From Antedon mediterranea (lineage: Eukaryota; Animalia; Echinodermata): a stretch of DNA of 64,000 nucleotides. Location of the stretch: assembly GCF_964355755.1 (NCBI RefSeq), contig NC_092679.1, positions 13,375,432 to 13,439,431 of the forward strand. The letters run 5' to 3'. Under the pieces are notes generated by a model. It worked only from the letters and a program-made list of their open reading frames with translations, did not search any database and was not told the origin of the DNA. Both the position numbers and the translations under genes were made by a program. Shown here piece by piece: positions 15,082 through 30,800 of the stretch. Position 1 is the first letter of the stretch; each line of letters opens with the position of its first letter.

Positions 15082-16899
15082 TAACATGAATTGTAACTAA
15101 CGATAATTTTGATATGCAATTTTGTAATTGAATCTTCTTTTTCATATACGTAAATGCGGCTCAAATTTAATTTTTTTTGTTCAATTAAGAAAACATTTTG
15201 ATGTGGAATAGGTATAATGACAATCAACGGCCACCCCAATTATCGAAAACAAACAAATTAGTGTCTTTAGTATTCATCTAATATTTATATAAAATAGGAG
15301 CATCGACCCTCTGTACTTTAACCTACATATTTTATAGAAATTAATCATGTGTGTGGTTATTGTGAATACGAATACAATAAAGAACAAAAGAACTTAGAAA
15401 GAAGTACTGTAATCTGATCTGTCAAATGTTTCCAGGTCATGATAATTAAGATGTAACACAATAGATTTGAATGTGAAGCATGCTTGCCATCTACTTATGC
15501 GAAACATGCGATTATAAATACAAAAACATTAAGAACAATAAAATTATACTAAGCACTATTATCGACGGATCAATACAAGTTGTGGTTTCTTGTATAACAT
15601 ATACTTTGTACATCAGCTTCTTGAATAATTACACTGGAATTTTGGTATTTACTTATGTAAAATATGTAATGAAATACAAAACATGAATTCCAAAAGTGTT
15701 ACAACTATTTAATGACATTATTCATGACGGACTAAATCTTCTCCTTCAGAGTAATACTATTTTGTTCTTAAGCAATAAGAACATTCAGAATTGTATAAAT
15801 ATAATATTTATTAGGCTATACTGTACTTCATTATTATTTATTTAAATCATTAAACTAAACTGAAGGAGGAATCTATCAACTGTTCAACGAAAATTTCATT
15901 GAATGTTTCCATAGGAACACAGACATGCATTATTGTAATTAAATTAAATTATTATAAAAAGCATTATCTATCTACTTACATAACATTTTCAAATTATCAT
16001 TTGATGACATTTTTCTGTTCAAATATTATTAGAACATTGTCTTACTATACGAAACGTGGAGGTTATAGATTAATCTCAATGATTCAAAGTAATGAGATAA
16101 TCAATATTAATGTTTCATGCTAAATTTAGACGTAACAATCAATTAATAATGCATCTTATAACATATTCTTGCCATTCGATTAAAGGCCAGGTGCGGGCAA
16201 ACAATTTCTATTGATCATACATTCCAATAATTATCGATCTATTAGTTTCCCCAATGTTTCTTAATTTTTGGGATTTTATTTGTGTTACATGAGCTTGTTG
16301 AAAATAAGCACTTTCTTATCAGTGGGGGGATAGTTCAAATTACACAGTAAAATCTCTATTCTTTTGTACACAAATTTTGTAAATAGAGAGGCATTTTAAA
16401 AAGCTATGAAAAATAAATGGTGTGGTAAAAAATGTTATCAGATGACTAAATATAGGTAATATAACTTGAATATTACATTTCTGATATTTTTATTCAACTT
16501 CAGATTTTAATTTTCATGCTATAGCAAAAATTATCCATCGTATATCCACCATCTTTTTTTACCGTCTATGGAGTCACCAGACATGTTATTACATTAGGTT
16601 AACTACCTAACTACTGAAAAAAAGTCTTCCTGGTTTTTATGGAAGAATTTTGCCAAATTTTGTATTTGACCATATTAAGGGAAATTCATGTTTTTTCGTC
16701 TTGATTTCTGTTACAAATATTTGATTTATGTACAATTAACCAAATATTATATTTAAAATTCATGCCTGTACCTGAGCTTTAAAAGATTGTGGGTCACACG
16801 ATATTCAATTTACAATTTGACATACAGAAATGTGCATTATATTTATATGTTACCAGTGATAAAAATTGATCATATATCCCAGGTATATCTTGTTGTCTA

Positions 16900-17250
16900 A
16901 GGAGTTTAGTGGTCAAAGTGGTGTATCAGGATGTGAAACCATAGTTTGTGACAAGGGTTCGCTCCATGGTTCTGATGGTAGAACTAGTCTTCGCAAATAA
17001 GGACTACAAACCGTAGGTCCAGCATACACATAATGCTCATGTGCACTAAAGAGCCTATACATATATCAAGACTAGTAGGGGGGATACCCCGGCGTACTAG
17101 CTCACACAGCCTGCCTGTCTTAGCCAGGCGGAATGGCGCTATAGTTGGCAGCACCGATATGACACTTAAGAAGAATGTAGTTGAAAAGTATAACAGCTAA
17201 AGTCCACAGCGCATTGATATGACATGTTTCTGAAATGTGCTATATAAATA
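16900..17250 (+). mobile_element. SINE with Deu/Nin-like central domain
   Basis: gctccatggttctgatggtagaac..taaggactacaaaccgtaggtcc..gctcatgtgcactaaagagcc..gtagggg..ccccggcgtactag. A second copy of the core lies at ~29157-29260. Confidence 0.55.
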
Positions 17251-18854
17251 TATTATCTAGTAGTAGTAGACAAGTGGTAATGTAATCCATAGCATTTGAA
17301 TTTTGTTGGTGGCCTTCTGGTGTACTGTTGTCAGTTTGGTTTGTGTCAGAGTACAGAACACAGTTATCATTTATGTTTTTCACCAAGACAAGTTCATAGT
17401 TGATAAAACTAAGCCGACAGAGAGATGCACTATTAGACTAAACAACGATGCCACATACATGACCAATGCGAGTACAGACACTATCCCAACATTCACTTCC
17501 AACATCAACATCAGTAGGTGAGAATCCTTCATCAACAACAGTCATCCTTCAACCAAGAATGTGCAACATCAAAACAGCTAAAGACATGTACACCAGTACA
17601 TTGAAATCCCTCCACCATGCCTTTAACAAACACTGCATGTAGCCAAAGTAATTGTACCTGGTCATTCTGCTAACACCTTCATCTTTTAATTATTGTGCGG
17701 CACAAAAACATCTATAAATGTACAGGTAGCACCTTTCATCTGGCCAGACAAAACAATGGCATCTATCTCTAGTTCCGAAAAACTCTGGATAAAAAAAACT
17801 ATTCAGTGGGTGCATGAAAATTATCCAACTCTTGCACCAAATAAAACAACAAGGGCTCAATATTGTATCATGTACATCATTCAATTTCTAAAAATAAAGC
17901 CTGTTTGCACAATTATTGTATTCTTCAAGCTCTGTTCACCCTACACCATCCATAAGATCTACACAAGCTCGTCAACATTACCATAACTCAAAATGGCAGC
18001 ATTCTTTCCAGACTTGCTCAATCTTATTTTTTCGTAACAGAAAAACCTATCAATGCTGCACACTGGTCAACTGGTTATTTCCTTCATTCCATCCATTTAT
18101 CAGTAATCCAAATGTCATCATCCTGTACATTTCATTACATATTTAATTTTACAACAGTTTTTTTCATTTGGCATATCGTTTTCCTCCCTTTAGGAAATAA
18201 GATCCTTCAATCTAAAAACTGGATCAGTCACTATTATTTATCTACATAGATTCTTGACCTTTCACTGGACGATTGTGGGTCACATAGAGTTTAATGTATA
18301 CATTAATATTTTTCAGCTTTTTTGTTCGAAAAATAAATGTTATCGCATCTGAAAAACCAGGCAACAGTATCGCTGGCCGTGGCGGAACTCCAAAAGCGTA
18401 ACAAATTTTTTACTTGGCTTGACAGAAACAATAACATTCAAAATGGCACTCGATCAGAAATAACATTATTTTTAGACCAAAAAATATGAATTAGCTTTAG
18501 ATTCTTTGTATTTTTATTAATTAATGGCAACAAGACTTGGAAAAAAAAAACAAAATTAGTCTAGATCAGTTTCAGTTGTCTTTTTTCTAGGCTAGCTAGC
18601 CCTAGGAATATGTTGTTCAGTGGTTGACTTCAATCACAGTAAAATATAAACAGATACATTTCATCTTTCACCTTGATGAAATTATTTTCCCTATCACACT
18701 CATAAACATTCAGTATTTGTATACATGCATTCAAATGGCATCATCTTTATTCTTTCTACTTGTTGTGTCACAAGAGAGGCAATTCATCCGCATTCTATGC
18801 AAAAGTCTGTTATAGCCTTATAAAAGGATGATAATAGACAATAAAATGTAATTG

Positions 18855-21800
18855 TTATTTACCTCTTTGTTGTAGAAGGTTTTGTCTTGCCTTTATAAAT
18901 GCCATGATATCTGCATCTGCCCGTTTATCTCCTGTTAGCTGAACCGAACTTGATAACGCAGTTGTTGATCTGAGAATAACAATATATAGTTAATGAATTT
19001 AAACAATTAAAATACAACTTCACATGTTTAAGACCTTGTTTATGTACAGTAAAGCACCTTCTTTTATGTTTGTCTTGAGAACTATGTACAGTATGCTATT
19101 TTGGAGAAGAATAGTAAATGGATTCATTTATAGTTAGCAATTTGTCTAAATATATAGAAAAAAAAATCGTAAAAAGTAAAAATTTATATAAATATAATAT
19201 GTTATTAAGATGCCTATTAAAAATGCAAATAGTGTCGGCTCTAAAGGTACTGAAACATTTGTGGTTGACGATGTCACAGTCTACTATTTTCTACTTTGGT
19301 CATCTTGATTAACACTGAAATCGTTTTTTAATAGAAGATAGAATAGCCAGATGCCTTTTTCTCTCAAGCTCCTTTAGTTCTATTCTGAGCGCGCTCTCAG
19401 TTAAGAGTGCTGGAAAACGGAGTGGAAAAAACGGTTCTCTGCATTAACTTCAATTTGTTTATGATTATTTTAAGATATTTGATGGACTTTTCCTTAATCA
19501 TGTATATTCTCAAGAAAACATCACTTACTGTGAACTTCGTGAAGCCTGTGTATCAGGTATATTTTCGTGGTAACTCAAATTTTCATTTAAAGAAGCGTCA
19601 GGCCTTTGTTGCGATGACCTTCCAAGGTGAACATTCCCCTGTGAAGCCAAACCTGTTAGTAAGGCATTACGTTGCTGTCTGTGTGATAATCTTCTAGCGC
19701 TCTCAGGCCTAGGCTCCCTAGAATGCCTCTGATGCAAGGAGACTGATGAACTATCTTCTGTTTGGTAATGTGCATTTGTATCAGCTTGGTTTATTGGTTT
19801 AAGAGGTGACACAGGAGGTGTTCTCCAGGCGTTTGACAGTGTCTTTGGTGGGCCTGGGTGCTTGTTGTCTTGTTTGGACTATAAATCAGAAATAAACATT
19901 ATAAATGTAATACAGAACTCTCAACAGTATATTATATGTAAATAAAATATATTATATGTATTCATCTTTTCCATTGATTGTAAACCTCTAATGAAACTTT
20001 GTATTTATTCAGTATTTTATTATTCAACTTCTTTTTTCAATAAAAGTCAATATAAACAATTAATTTTTATTATCATTACTGTAAATAATCGTGACTGTAT
20101 ATATTTTATAATCAATTTTTTTAATCATAATAATGATTGCAATTAAGATTGAGCTGTGCAAGAAAGTACATTCAATCTGTTTCACTCATGTTTTTGATAT
20201 ACTAAGAATAAATTAGTGAGAATTAATTGTATGAAATTTTGTGTTTAATGTTATGTATTTTATTACTTATTGTATTGATGTGTTCTGATGTTTGATGAGT
20301 TTTGTGTGCACTCCATGTATTTTTGTAAATACAATGCTTTCAGCTTTTCTTGCTTCTTGTACTGTTTTTTATACCAAAATAAATGAAATAGGAATAATTA
20401 CTAAGAATAATCTAATAAGATTAATCTAATATTAGTATAATAAGAATAATTTAACAGGCCTTTCAGTGTATTTTATTCTTTCATGGATGCTTTTTAAAGT
20501 TTTTTTCTTACTCAATAGGAACTAGTACCAAACCTTACTGTTAATTATTAGACCTCAATATTTTAATACACATATTTCTTCATCTTTAAAAAATGTACAA
20601 TTAAATTGATGCTCCACTGCACGCATTTATGCTTATAAATAAAACATCACTTTCATTCTACCATAAAATATTATGTTAGTATGTGGACTATTTGTGTTAT
20701 ATTATAAAACTGCATTCTAATTCTTTATGAATGTGCATTGACATATAAAAGTTAACCAAACATATCATCTACTTATTCATATTTGTATAAAGGACAAATA
20801 GAATAACAGTAATTTTATACATTTCTGTTGTGCATTTCATGTTTCCATATTTTTCTATCAGGTGTAGCATGTGTTTTAAGTCCACCATTATAAAGATGTT
20901 TTGTAACTTCTCATAATTACATACATTACTAATACTAGTTATTTAAAACAATGATTTCTTTACGTTCAAATGATACTGCCTAGGTAACCCTCCTATACTA
21001 TCAAACTTTAACAGTGTTTGACGTCAACCAATTGAGGCTGAAGCATCAATTTACGTTTTTCATTTGACTGGTCTAAAAATACAATCAGTGCAATCTAAGT
21101 TAAGTGATATGTGCTTTCAACATTTTAATGACCTACATACAGCCAGAAACAAGTCGTATTTTTAATTTCCCTCCTAATTAGCATATTCATGATTCATAAA
21201 ATGTTACCTGAATTGCTGTTGTTTGTTCCGCCCACCAAATCTCAAAATCTTTTTGTAACTGAAGCCGTGACTTTTCCAAAAGATGCTGTAGATGTTCTAT
21301 CTCAGTTTTTAGTATTTTCAGTTGATTAAAAGCATCTTTATAACTGAAAAATATGAAGTGTATTATTTTGAAAGGATAACATACAGAAAAATACATTAGT
21401 TTATTATTTATTATTTACTACACACAAAACAAAAGATCTTTGGTGTGCTTTTGTACAGCAAGAACTAATACTATTCCGTTATATAGTGAGTATATAACTC
21501 GGCCTTGAATATACAGTATCATGAAAGCTAGAAAAAAAAGCTAGGTCAGGTGTCAGTCATGCGTCGCTCATCGTTCAACACATGCAATCAATTAAAATGA
21601 CCTAGTTAGGTCATAGGTCATTGCAAAGCGCAATCTCCCTATTGTATATTTACTGTACATCCCTATCTGAATTGGTTTAAATAAATAAAGTACATGTGAA
21701 TAGAACCAACCTCTGTTTTTCCTTTTCCATCTCTCTTCTCAAATTCTGCTCAATTTCATCAGGCTCGTTTTCATTCGCGGTTGAACGCACTGCTTGTTGC

Positions 21801-24800
21801 ATTCTATAATGTTCTATATGACCTTTCAACTTATCTAAAAATAAAAATTGGGACAATATAACATATTACACAAATAACAAGGTTGGCTTAAATGGAAAAT
21901 TAGAGAATCAATTGGCATTAATGGAAACAGGAAAATATTAAGAACAGAGATCAATGTGCGCACCAACTGCCACACATTTATGATCAGCTTCCTAGACTAT
22001 CAAAACCATGCAGTGGCTGCAAAGAAGTTCAACTGTCATCTTAGCAACATAACAAATGATGAAATCTAACTAGCTAGATGAAACATTCTTGACATGTGTT
22101 ATTATTGTTTTTTTTTATAAACAGTTACTATATACAGTACTAAACTTTGAAACCAGATGAAATTGTTTCCACAAAACTATTGTACTTACTAATTTGCTGT
22201 CTAGCAGAATTTACTTGCTGGCCCAGTGCCTTGGCTTCATTGTATTTTATTTTTAACACTTGTTTTTGTTTTTCAATTGCAGAATTATTTCTGTAATCTC
22301 TTTTAAATATATCAAATGCTTCTTGCCGACCAATTGACATTTCACCTAGAATGAGTAAAATTGTAAAATATACGATTTGTGAACTCAATATACAAGTGTG
22401 TGGACACATTCATCCAAAATCATGTTTGTAATTCCTATATAATCGATACAATTGGAATGAAAATACAAGTACAATTTGAATTTTTTATATGTTTACATCT
22501 CGAATTAGCGAAAACCTAGAGTTTTTAAAAATGAATACAATTCTATACAACATAAAAAAAAATCAGATTACCATTAATTTAATAAAAATATTTATTACGA
22601 TGAGTAGAAAATTTAGAGGCCCTCTGCATTTGGTCATAGGCACGCTAAAAATACTGGACCTCTCAGCCATTATTAAGACGGTCAATTTGAATAGTACAAA
22701 GCTTTTTTTTATTAAGGATTTGCAAATACATACTGTACTGTAGTTATACATACAGTAAGTAAAGAAAAATAAAAAGCAGATGACTTCCATAAGCGTATAC
22801 ATTTTCAAGATGCAAAAATGTCTGCTTAAACTGTCTATTTTAATTTTTTTTAAATTAATTCAAAATTGTAAAAAAACTTATATCATTTCTATCCAAATTG
22901 ATAGAATATTCATTTGCGTTACCTAGAATTCTTTTATTATTTTCTATATGTAAAGATGATGATGTCGATGAAGAATTTCCATTTTCAGTTCTTTTTGTTG
23001 AACTGTCTGCTGTTGATTGTCGGCTAGAGGTTAGATCTATTGATTGAGTTCTTGAACTTTCCTCTAGTGAAAAATTTGAACTATGACCTCTGGAATTTTC
23101 TGAAACATAGTGTTTTTGGTTTCTCGATTGCGAGTTTTCTAAACCATTTCTACTTTCTCGGTCATTATAAGTAGACTGATTTAAAGCATCTTGAGTTTTC
23201 TTCTTTTCTTTTTTAAGCATATTTACTAAAATATCTGACAAAATGAATAATGGAAAATAATGCATACACTTGGAGAACTACCATACACTTGTAGAACCAG
23301 CCTGACATAGCCTTGGAGAACAAGACTTACACACTACACAGACCAGCAACACTTCCATACAGTGGCATACTTTTAAAAGAACCAGCACCACTGCCATACA
23401 CTTGTAGAACCAGCCTGCCATAGCCTTGGAGAACAAGACTTACACACTACACAGACCAGCAACACTTCCATACAGTGGCATACTTTTAAAAGAACCAGCA
23501 CCACTGCCATACACTTGTAGAACCAGCCTGCCATAGCCTTGGAGAACAAGACTTACACACTACACAGACCAGCAACACTTCCATAAAGTGGCATACTTTT
23601 AAAAGAACCAGCACCACTGCCATACACTTGTAGAACCAGCCTGACATAGCCTTGGAGAACAAGACTTACACACTACACAGACCAGCAACACTTCCATACA
23701 GTGGCATACTTTTAAAAGAACCAGCACCACTGCCATACACTTGTAGAACCAGCCTGCCATAGCCTTGGAGAACAAGACTTACACACTACACAGACCAGCA
23801 ACACTTCCATACAGTGGCATACTTTTAAAAGAACCAGCACCACTGCCATACACTTGTAGAACCAGCCTGACATAGCCTTGGAGAACAAGACTTACACACT
23901 ACACAGACCAGCAACACTTCCATACAGTGGCATACATTTAAAAGAACCAGCACCACTGCCATACACTTGTAGAACCAGCCTGACATAGCCTTGGAGAACA
24001 AGACTTACACACTACACAGACCAGCAACACTTCCATACAGTGGCATACTTTTAAAAGAACCAGCACCACTGCCATACACTTGTAGAACCAGCCTGCCATA
24101 GCCTTGGAGAACAAGACTTACACACTACACAGACCAGCAACACTTCCATACAGTGGCATACTTTTAAAAGAACCAGCACCACTGCCATACACTTGTAGAA
24201 CCAGCCTGACATAGCCTTGGAGAACAAGACTTACACACTACACAGACCAGCAACACTTCCATACAGTGGCATACTTTTAAAAGAACCAGCACCACTGCCA
24301 TACACTTGTAGAACCAGCCTGACATAGCCTTGGAGAACAAGACTTACACACTACACAGACCAGCAACACTTCCATACAGTGGCATACTTTTAAAAGAACC
24401 AGCACCACTGCCATACACTTGGAGAATCAGCAGTGGCATGCTTCTTTGAGAACCAGCACCACTGCCATACACTTGGGAGAATCAGCAGGGATGCTTCTTG
24501 GAAAACCAGCACCACTGCCATACACCACTTGGGAGAATCAGCAGTGGCATGCTTCTTGGATAACCAGCACCACTGCCATACACTTGGATAACCAGTAGTG
24601 GCATACTTCTTAGAGAACCAGCACCATTGCCATACACTTGGAGAATCAGCAGTAGCATACTTTTTGGAGAACCAGCAACACTGCCATACACTTGGATAAC
24701 CAGCAGTGGCATACTTCTTAGAGAACCAGCACCAATGCTATACACTTGAAGAACCTTGGCATACTCTTTTAGAGAACCAGCATCACCGCCATACACCTGG

Positions 24801-27800
24801 AGAGCCAAACATGGCATACAAATCAGCACGCACCATTGCAATAAAATTGGAGAACCATCAGTGGCAAAAACTCAGAGAACCAACTTCATCAAACACTTTG
24901 AAGAACATTCAAACACCGTCATCACCATCTTTTATTATTTTATTGAATAATTTATTTTTAACAGTGAAAATACTTTATTTATAATAAAAAAAACAAAAGG
25001 ATACTAATTTCGTTATCTCTTTGGCGAATGATGTCAGCTAACTTTTTCAGTTCACCATCGTCTACTGGATGCTGCATCTCAGGTAATGTTTCTCCACTTG
25101 TTGGTCGTTCTGCAGGTTCTGCATTTTGGAAGCCCTTTTTCATTAATTGCTAGATGTCGATTGAATAAATGTAAATACATGATTTTAAAAATCTAACTAC
25201 AAACATATGTCTTTCTTAAAATTTATGTATATGATGATCAATCAACAAATGCACAAGACACAATACAAAAAGATTCTCTTACCCTAAATATTGTGAAACA
25301 GTGATTTATTTTTCTCATATCTGGTGGAACCTTGAGTTGGCTATCTGAATCAGGATTGTTTAAGTAATTTTCAACTAACTTATCCAATCTGTAACAAATG
25401 TAAAAGAAAAAATATCTCATTCAACTTAAATCAGGAATTAAGATTGGCACAGTTTCCACCCCCACCCACCAAATAGGGAACATTTTCCACACTTGTCCAG
25501 GAAAAACAATCACAAAATAAATATAATTGTATAATAAGTAATTGTATTTGAGTACCACCAATGTAATTTATATTCATAGTGTACTGACACTGTACTGGCT
25601 ATTAAAGCAGAATAAATGTGGCTGGACATTTCTTTCTTTCCACATTGCGTATGGCAATCAAGGCAAGATAGAACTCCACCTCCAAAAACACAAGAAAAAT
25701 GTTTATGAATGAATTCAAGCTTGTGAAAATGTTCCATTACTTATTTATAAAAGATTTTAATCATTATCTGTGAACAACTAAATTTTAATTTCACTGAGAA
25801 CACAGATGTATACAAAACAATATGAAAAAAAGTTTATAAATTTACTCTGTGATTTCTTCATCCGTAAGAGGATCTGTACTTTGACTTTCATCAACCAAAG
25901 AAAGTTGACCTTTCACCTCTTGTAACTCAGATTTTAAGCGAGCAATCATCTAAAAAGTAAAAGACATTTTGACAGATTTAGTGAGTATGATGCCAATTGC
26001 ACTAAATATCTTTGTTTGTTTAATTGGAATAGTTACATACATTATCACAGAATTCAGTACTTTATTTGTCCTAAGTGTGTGCATTATTGTTGCTTATATA
26101 TTTTGGCAAACTGCCATTAAAGCGAATTCATTCACTGTCCATTTTAAAGGTGACAATCCTGTTCACAAATATATATACCAACATCAACCAAGTCTAATAC
26201 CCCTTTCACATCTGCATAAATTTAACCAGGTTTGATTTCCTAATTCATTACACATTATTATACACATATACGTGAACCGTGAGGAATCTCGAGAGAAAGC
26301 GTAGCTGTGCGATCTTTGTTACTATGATTGGTCAGATTAATATCAGCGGGCAATACATGCGCGTGTAGTAACAACTCGGGACATCTCATAACAAAAACAG
26401 GTCTCTCATCAGGAGAATTTCTAACAACTTTTCTTCACACTAAACCTCGTCGTTAGTTTTGTAGGTGTGAAAAGGGTATTAAACAAGTATTTTGGAGTGG
26501 AGCGAAGAGAAAAACACCTAAACTCAGCACGTTCGGATCAGAAGCCTAACTGCATTGTGCTGAATCATGTATAGTAGTGAAACAACTTCAAACGCATTGT
26601 ATTTGATATATTTGAAACCATCCCTGCAACACTGTATATGCCATTACTTTTGTGGCATAACTAAAATGGCATCCACGAAAAAATCAATACACAAAAATGT
26701 TGAGTAAGTGGTAAATCGCAAAAAAATTCTGTACAGAAAAAATAATAGCATATACAGTAGTGATTTTATAGAGGCCACGGTTCTGTGAGAAAAGGGCTTA
26801 GTAAGTTCATTTCAAGAAAGCAGTTTTTTTTATGTATGCAGCACTTCAACATAAATACAAAATATTTCTTACAAGTTTTGGGTCTAATTCTTCATTAAGG
26901 AAAGCATCATTTTTAATCATTGCAACTCGTTGAGCAAATCGACATGTTGAAATAGATTCCTAAAAAACAATATAGCAAGTTAACATACAATTACAAACTG
27001 GAAATTTTGTTGGCCTATATGGCAGCGACTAAAGTGCCTATAATGAAGACTATCCCCTAATCTTTTTGAATAGTGTACCAAGTTCTTGGTAGATACAGGT
27101 CTTAAACCCATGTCTCCCATATGCTAGAAGGATTCCTTTAACATTACACCATACCACAGGCATTTTTGTTGAATTATTTTTTATCTTTAATAACCAGAAA
27201 AAATGATCATTCTTACAAAACATATAACTGTTCATTATAATTTGTGTCCTCAATAATTTTAGAAAGAAATTAAAGAGTTGTAAAAAAATATTATCTTTAA
27301 CTTACATCAATGTTCTTTTTCTCAACTGAGCAAGTAGCTATCATCGTTGTCATGCAGTTTCCTCCAAGACTATCTCGTAGCACCGATGTCATCATTGAAT
27401 TACGATAAGGAATATGCTGCCTAGACTTTTCAGACAGTGCTACAATTACCTATAAAAAATTTAAACAATTATAACTGAAGTAAGCAAAACAGAGATGGGC
27501 AAGTTATTTAGCAGGCCAAGTACTTACTTGCGAATGACATTTGCGTGACCAAGGCTACTGAAAATAGCCGAAACGTAGCAAGTAAGTACTTGGCAACTGG
27601 TTTATCAAAAAAGTTAACATTTATTTTTATGTATCTTTTATGTTGACATAAATTAGTAAAGACAAAATGTAATGTAATAATAATAATACTGTAATAAGAA
27701 ATTTGTGGAACACAAAATGTAAGGAAAATTAGGAAGCCCAGCTGCATAAATGTGACCAACAGATGTGTAACTATACTCAAATGAGGTTCTGAGGAAATGA

Positions 27801-30800
27801 GGAAGATGATGATGATGATGATAATACTATAATTACCGACAAAGTTGTCCTTTAAATAGAAGGTAAGGACTTTCCCTTAAGGTAAAATACCAAGTATCCA
27901 AGTAAGTATCTAAGTAATTCACTCATTTCATGCATACCTGTTCTAGGTAGTGTAGAGATAAATTAATATATTTTGCTTCAGTTAGTAGTGTCCCTCCAAC
28001 TCCTGTTTTACCAATTCTCTCAGACCTAAAATAACAAATGTAATCAAAATACAAATAATAATTCATAATAATTATGTTTAATAATGTTTTAATAATCTAT
28101 TGCACAGTTTATACTATTCTGTTTTAGAAGTTATACTGAAGTGATGTGAAAGATACTGACTTTAGCAAGGCAATCTAACAACAAGACGCTGAGCTTGGCC
28201 AGATCAAAAGGTAACCTCTAGTTTGGGAAACGATCAGTCTCCGCCCCTTAAACGCTTCCCTGATTTGTGGTAGACCAATTGGCTTTCTCCAATGTTTAGT
28301 AGCAGACACCAGTGGGTAACAAAACGGTACCACCTATTATCCATACACGTAATGATAGCCTTGCTTTATCCTAAACCCTTCCCACTTTCAATATAAATTA
28401 ATCTCTGTGTACATTAAGGTATGTATATGAGAGGCACTTATTTTGGGGGAAACATATTAACAAAGTGAGTATAAATAACTGCAGATCAAAGTATGTTACG
28501 ATAGCCTATCCTGTCAAGCGACCTCAGCGTCCTGTTTATGTGACAGGTTTTGCTTCTGCTTACAATTACCCACAGTGCTGTTGTTAAATTACCCATAGTG
28601 CTGTTGTTAAATTACCCACAGTGCTGTGATAATTTACCCACAGTGCTGTTGTTAAATTACCCATAGTGCTGTTGATAAATTACCCATAGTGCTGTTGTTA
28701 AATTACCCATAGTGCTGTTGTTAAATTACCCATAGTGCTGTTGTTAAATTACCCACAGTGCTGTTGTTATATTACCCATAGTGCTGTTGTTAAATTACCC
28801 ATAGTGATGTTGTTACAATGATTCATTGTGTTATCTTTTGCAATTTTGTATACAAACCCTGCAAGATCAACTAGATGTACTTTAGCCTTCCTGATGGTAG
28901 CTGAGCCGGTCTCTCTCGCCGACACATGGATTGTGAAGATGCAATGAGAACGTGTTGAAGCTTGGTTCATTGGAGTCTGCATAATTCAAATGAAAAATAA
29001 GTCAACGCTTACTGAGATAAGAATTTCCCATTGATGGACAAGAGATAAATTTACACAAACTTGTGAATAAATACTGTATGTCTCAGCGTCTCGCCTGCTC
29101 GAACATGAATACTACAGACTATTTACTTGATATACAGTACCATCAAACTAATTACAGCTCCATGGTTCTGGTGGTAGAATGAGTTTTCTCATAAGGACTA
29201 TAAACCATAGTGTACACATCTGGCTCATGTGCACTTTAAAGAACCTAGTATATCTTTCCCTTTCACAGAGACACTTACTCATCAAAAGTACCCCTTGATT
29301 GTCAGCATATGCTGTTTAGGGTCACCCTCTATTTATTAAATAAGTTGAAATAAAAAACATAATTGCATATCTATTTTTTACTGGATGTTGATGCATTAGA
29401 TTGTTTATATTAGCACCCTCTATGTTTGGATGAAATTTAAAGGAGTATGGAGCCTCTATGGTTCAGGAACGATATTATGAAGTCTCTCGCCATTGCATTT
29501 TTGTTGCTATATCTATTTAAATTTGTACAGAGTAAACTAAAATACAATCCATACAGTAGTACAACAACAATTCATTCTGTTCTTGTTTTGTTTTTTTTAT
29601 GTACAGTAATGACTTACTTTGACCTTGAACCAAAACGTTTAGCATTTAAAATTGTATTGATGGGCAAGTGGTAATGACTATTCTTGCTAAACAGAAAGAT
29701 TAGCAAGAATGTGTGAACAACTACCTTGCACATGAGACAGAAACTGGTTCAAAGATAAATGATCATTTGCTTACTGTTAAGCCCTGTCTACACTATCAAA
29801 CTTTATGTGACAATAAAATGTGATGTGCCAATATATGGATATGATGATGTTATATCAGTACCATTATTATTTGAGCATATCTCTACTGTATTTGGGCACT
29901 TTACACTTTTTTTGTCAAACAAGTTTGATAGTGTAGACAGAGCTTTAAACTTTCAAATGAAAACAAACCTCAGCAATCATCCTGTTAGTGTCACCTAGAA
30001 ACAACAGGTTCAACGCTTCTTCTTCATTGTTTGCTGGATGTATTGACAGGTTTCTTAAATGAATGTTTTTATCTCCATCTTCCATCAAAGACACCTTACT
30101 AAAGAAAAACAAATGTAGTACAGTCAAGTCTAAAAAACTCACTAGACTAGACATTTTGGGAGAGTGTGAAGTTTTGGGAGAGCCCAGGGTGTTTGTATGG
30201 AAAAAGTTGGCTAGCCAAGTGGTTTACTTGACTATCCAGTTCCATTCCAGATAAGAACAACTCTTAGTCCACTCAGCTGTAAATCAGTACCTGCATGGCT
30301 GAAAAATACCAGGGAAGATCAGGTGATGTAGACAGGAACTAACAACCCTACACTGTACCGAACAGCTTGTTCCCTTTATGCATGAAACTGGATGCATTAA
30401 ATGCATGGCAATCCCAAGCTTAAAAGATCATTTCAGGAGTCAATCACAGGTGTTCTAGTGTATGTAACAATGCGCGATGTAGTAGTCACGCAAGGTTACT
30501 ATTTGTAAACATATGCATAAATTTTATTTAGGCAGCATACAAAAATGCAGTTACATTTCAAAATATAAAATGGTTACATTTTTGTGTCAAGAGAAAAAAA
30601 GTTTATCCTTGTTTAATAATACCATGATACAACTTACGGAAGGTCCTCAAGTTTTGTAGCTTCGTGTTTAGGATCAAGAAGATCATATCCATTTTCATTG
30701 TATATCTCCAAGTATGAGATGTGGGTGGTGAAAGCATATTCAGGACTCTAAAAACAATGAAATAATTAATGTAATAAATAACACGTCATTGATTTGCTGA

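Noticed and set aside
10740-18854. Hidden gene or 8-kb KIF6 3' UTR
   Set aside because: Only short AT-rich ORFs without recognisable domains. UTR extent cannot be determined without transcript data.
18795-18862. Additional KIF6 terminal intron/exon
   Set aside because: The reading frame ends naturally as QQRGK* at 18855 without splicing, so there is no need to invoke another exon.
23266-24870. CRISPR-like array or coding repeat (ORFs 24482-24841, 24706-24984)
   Set aside because: The units are contiguous tandem copies with no unique spacers, there are no cas genes, and the context is a eukaryotic intron. The ORFs are by-products of the repeat.
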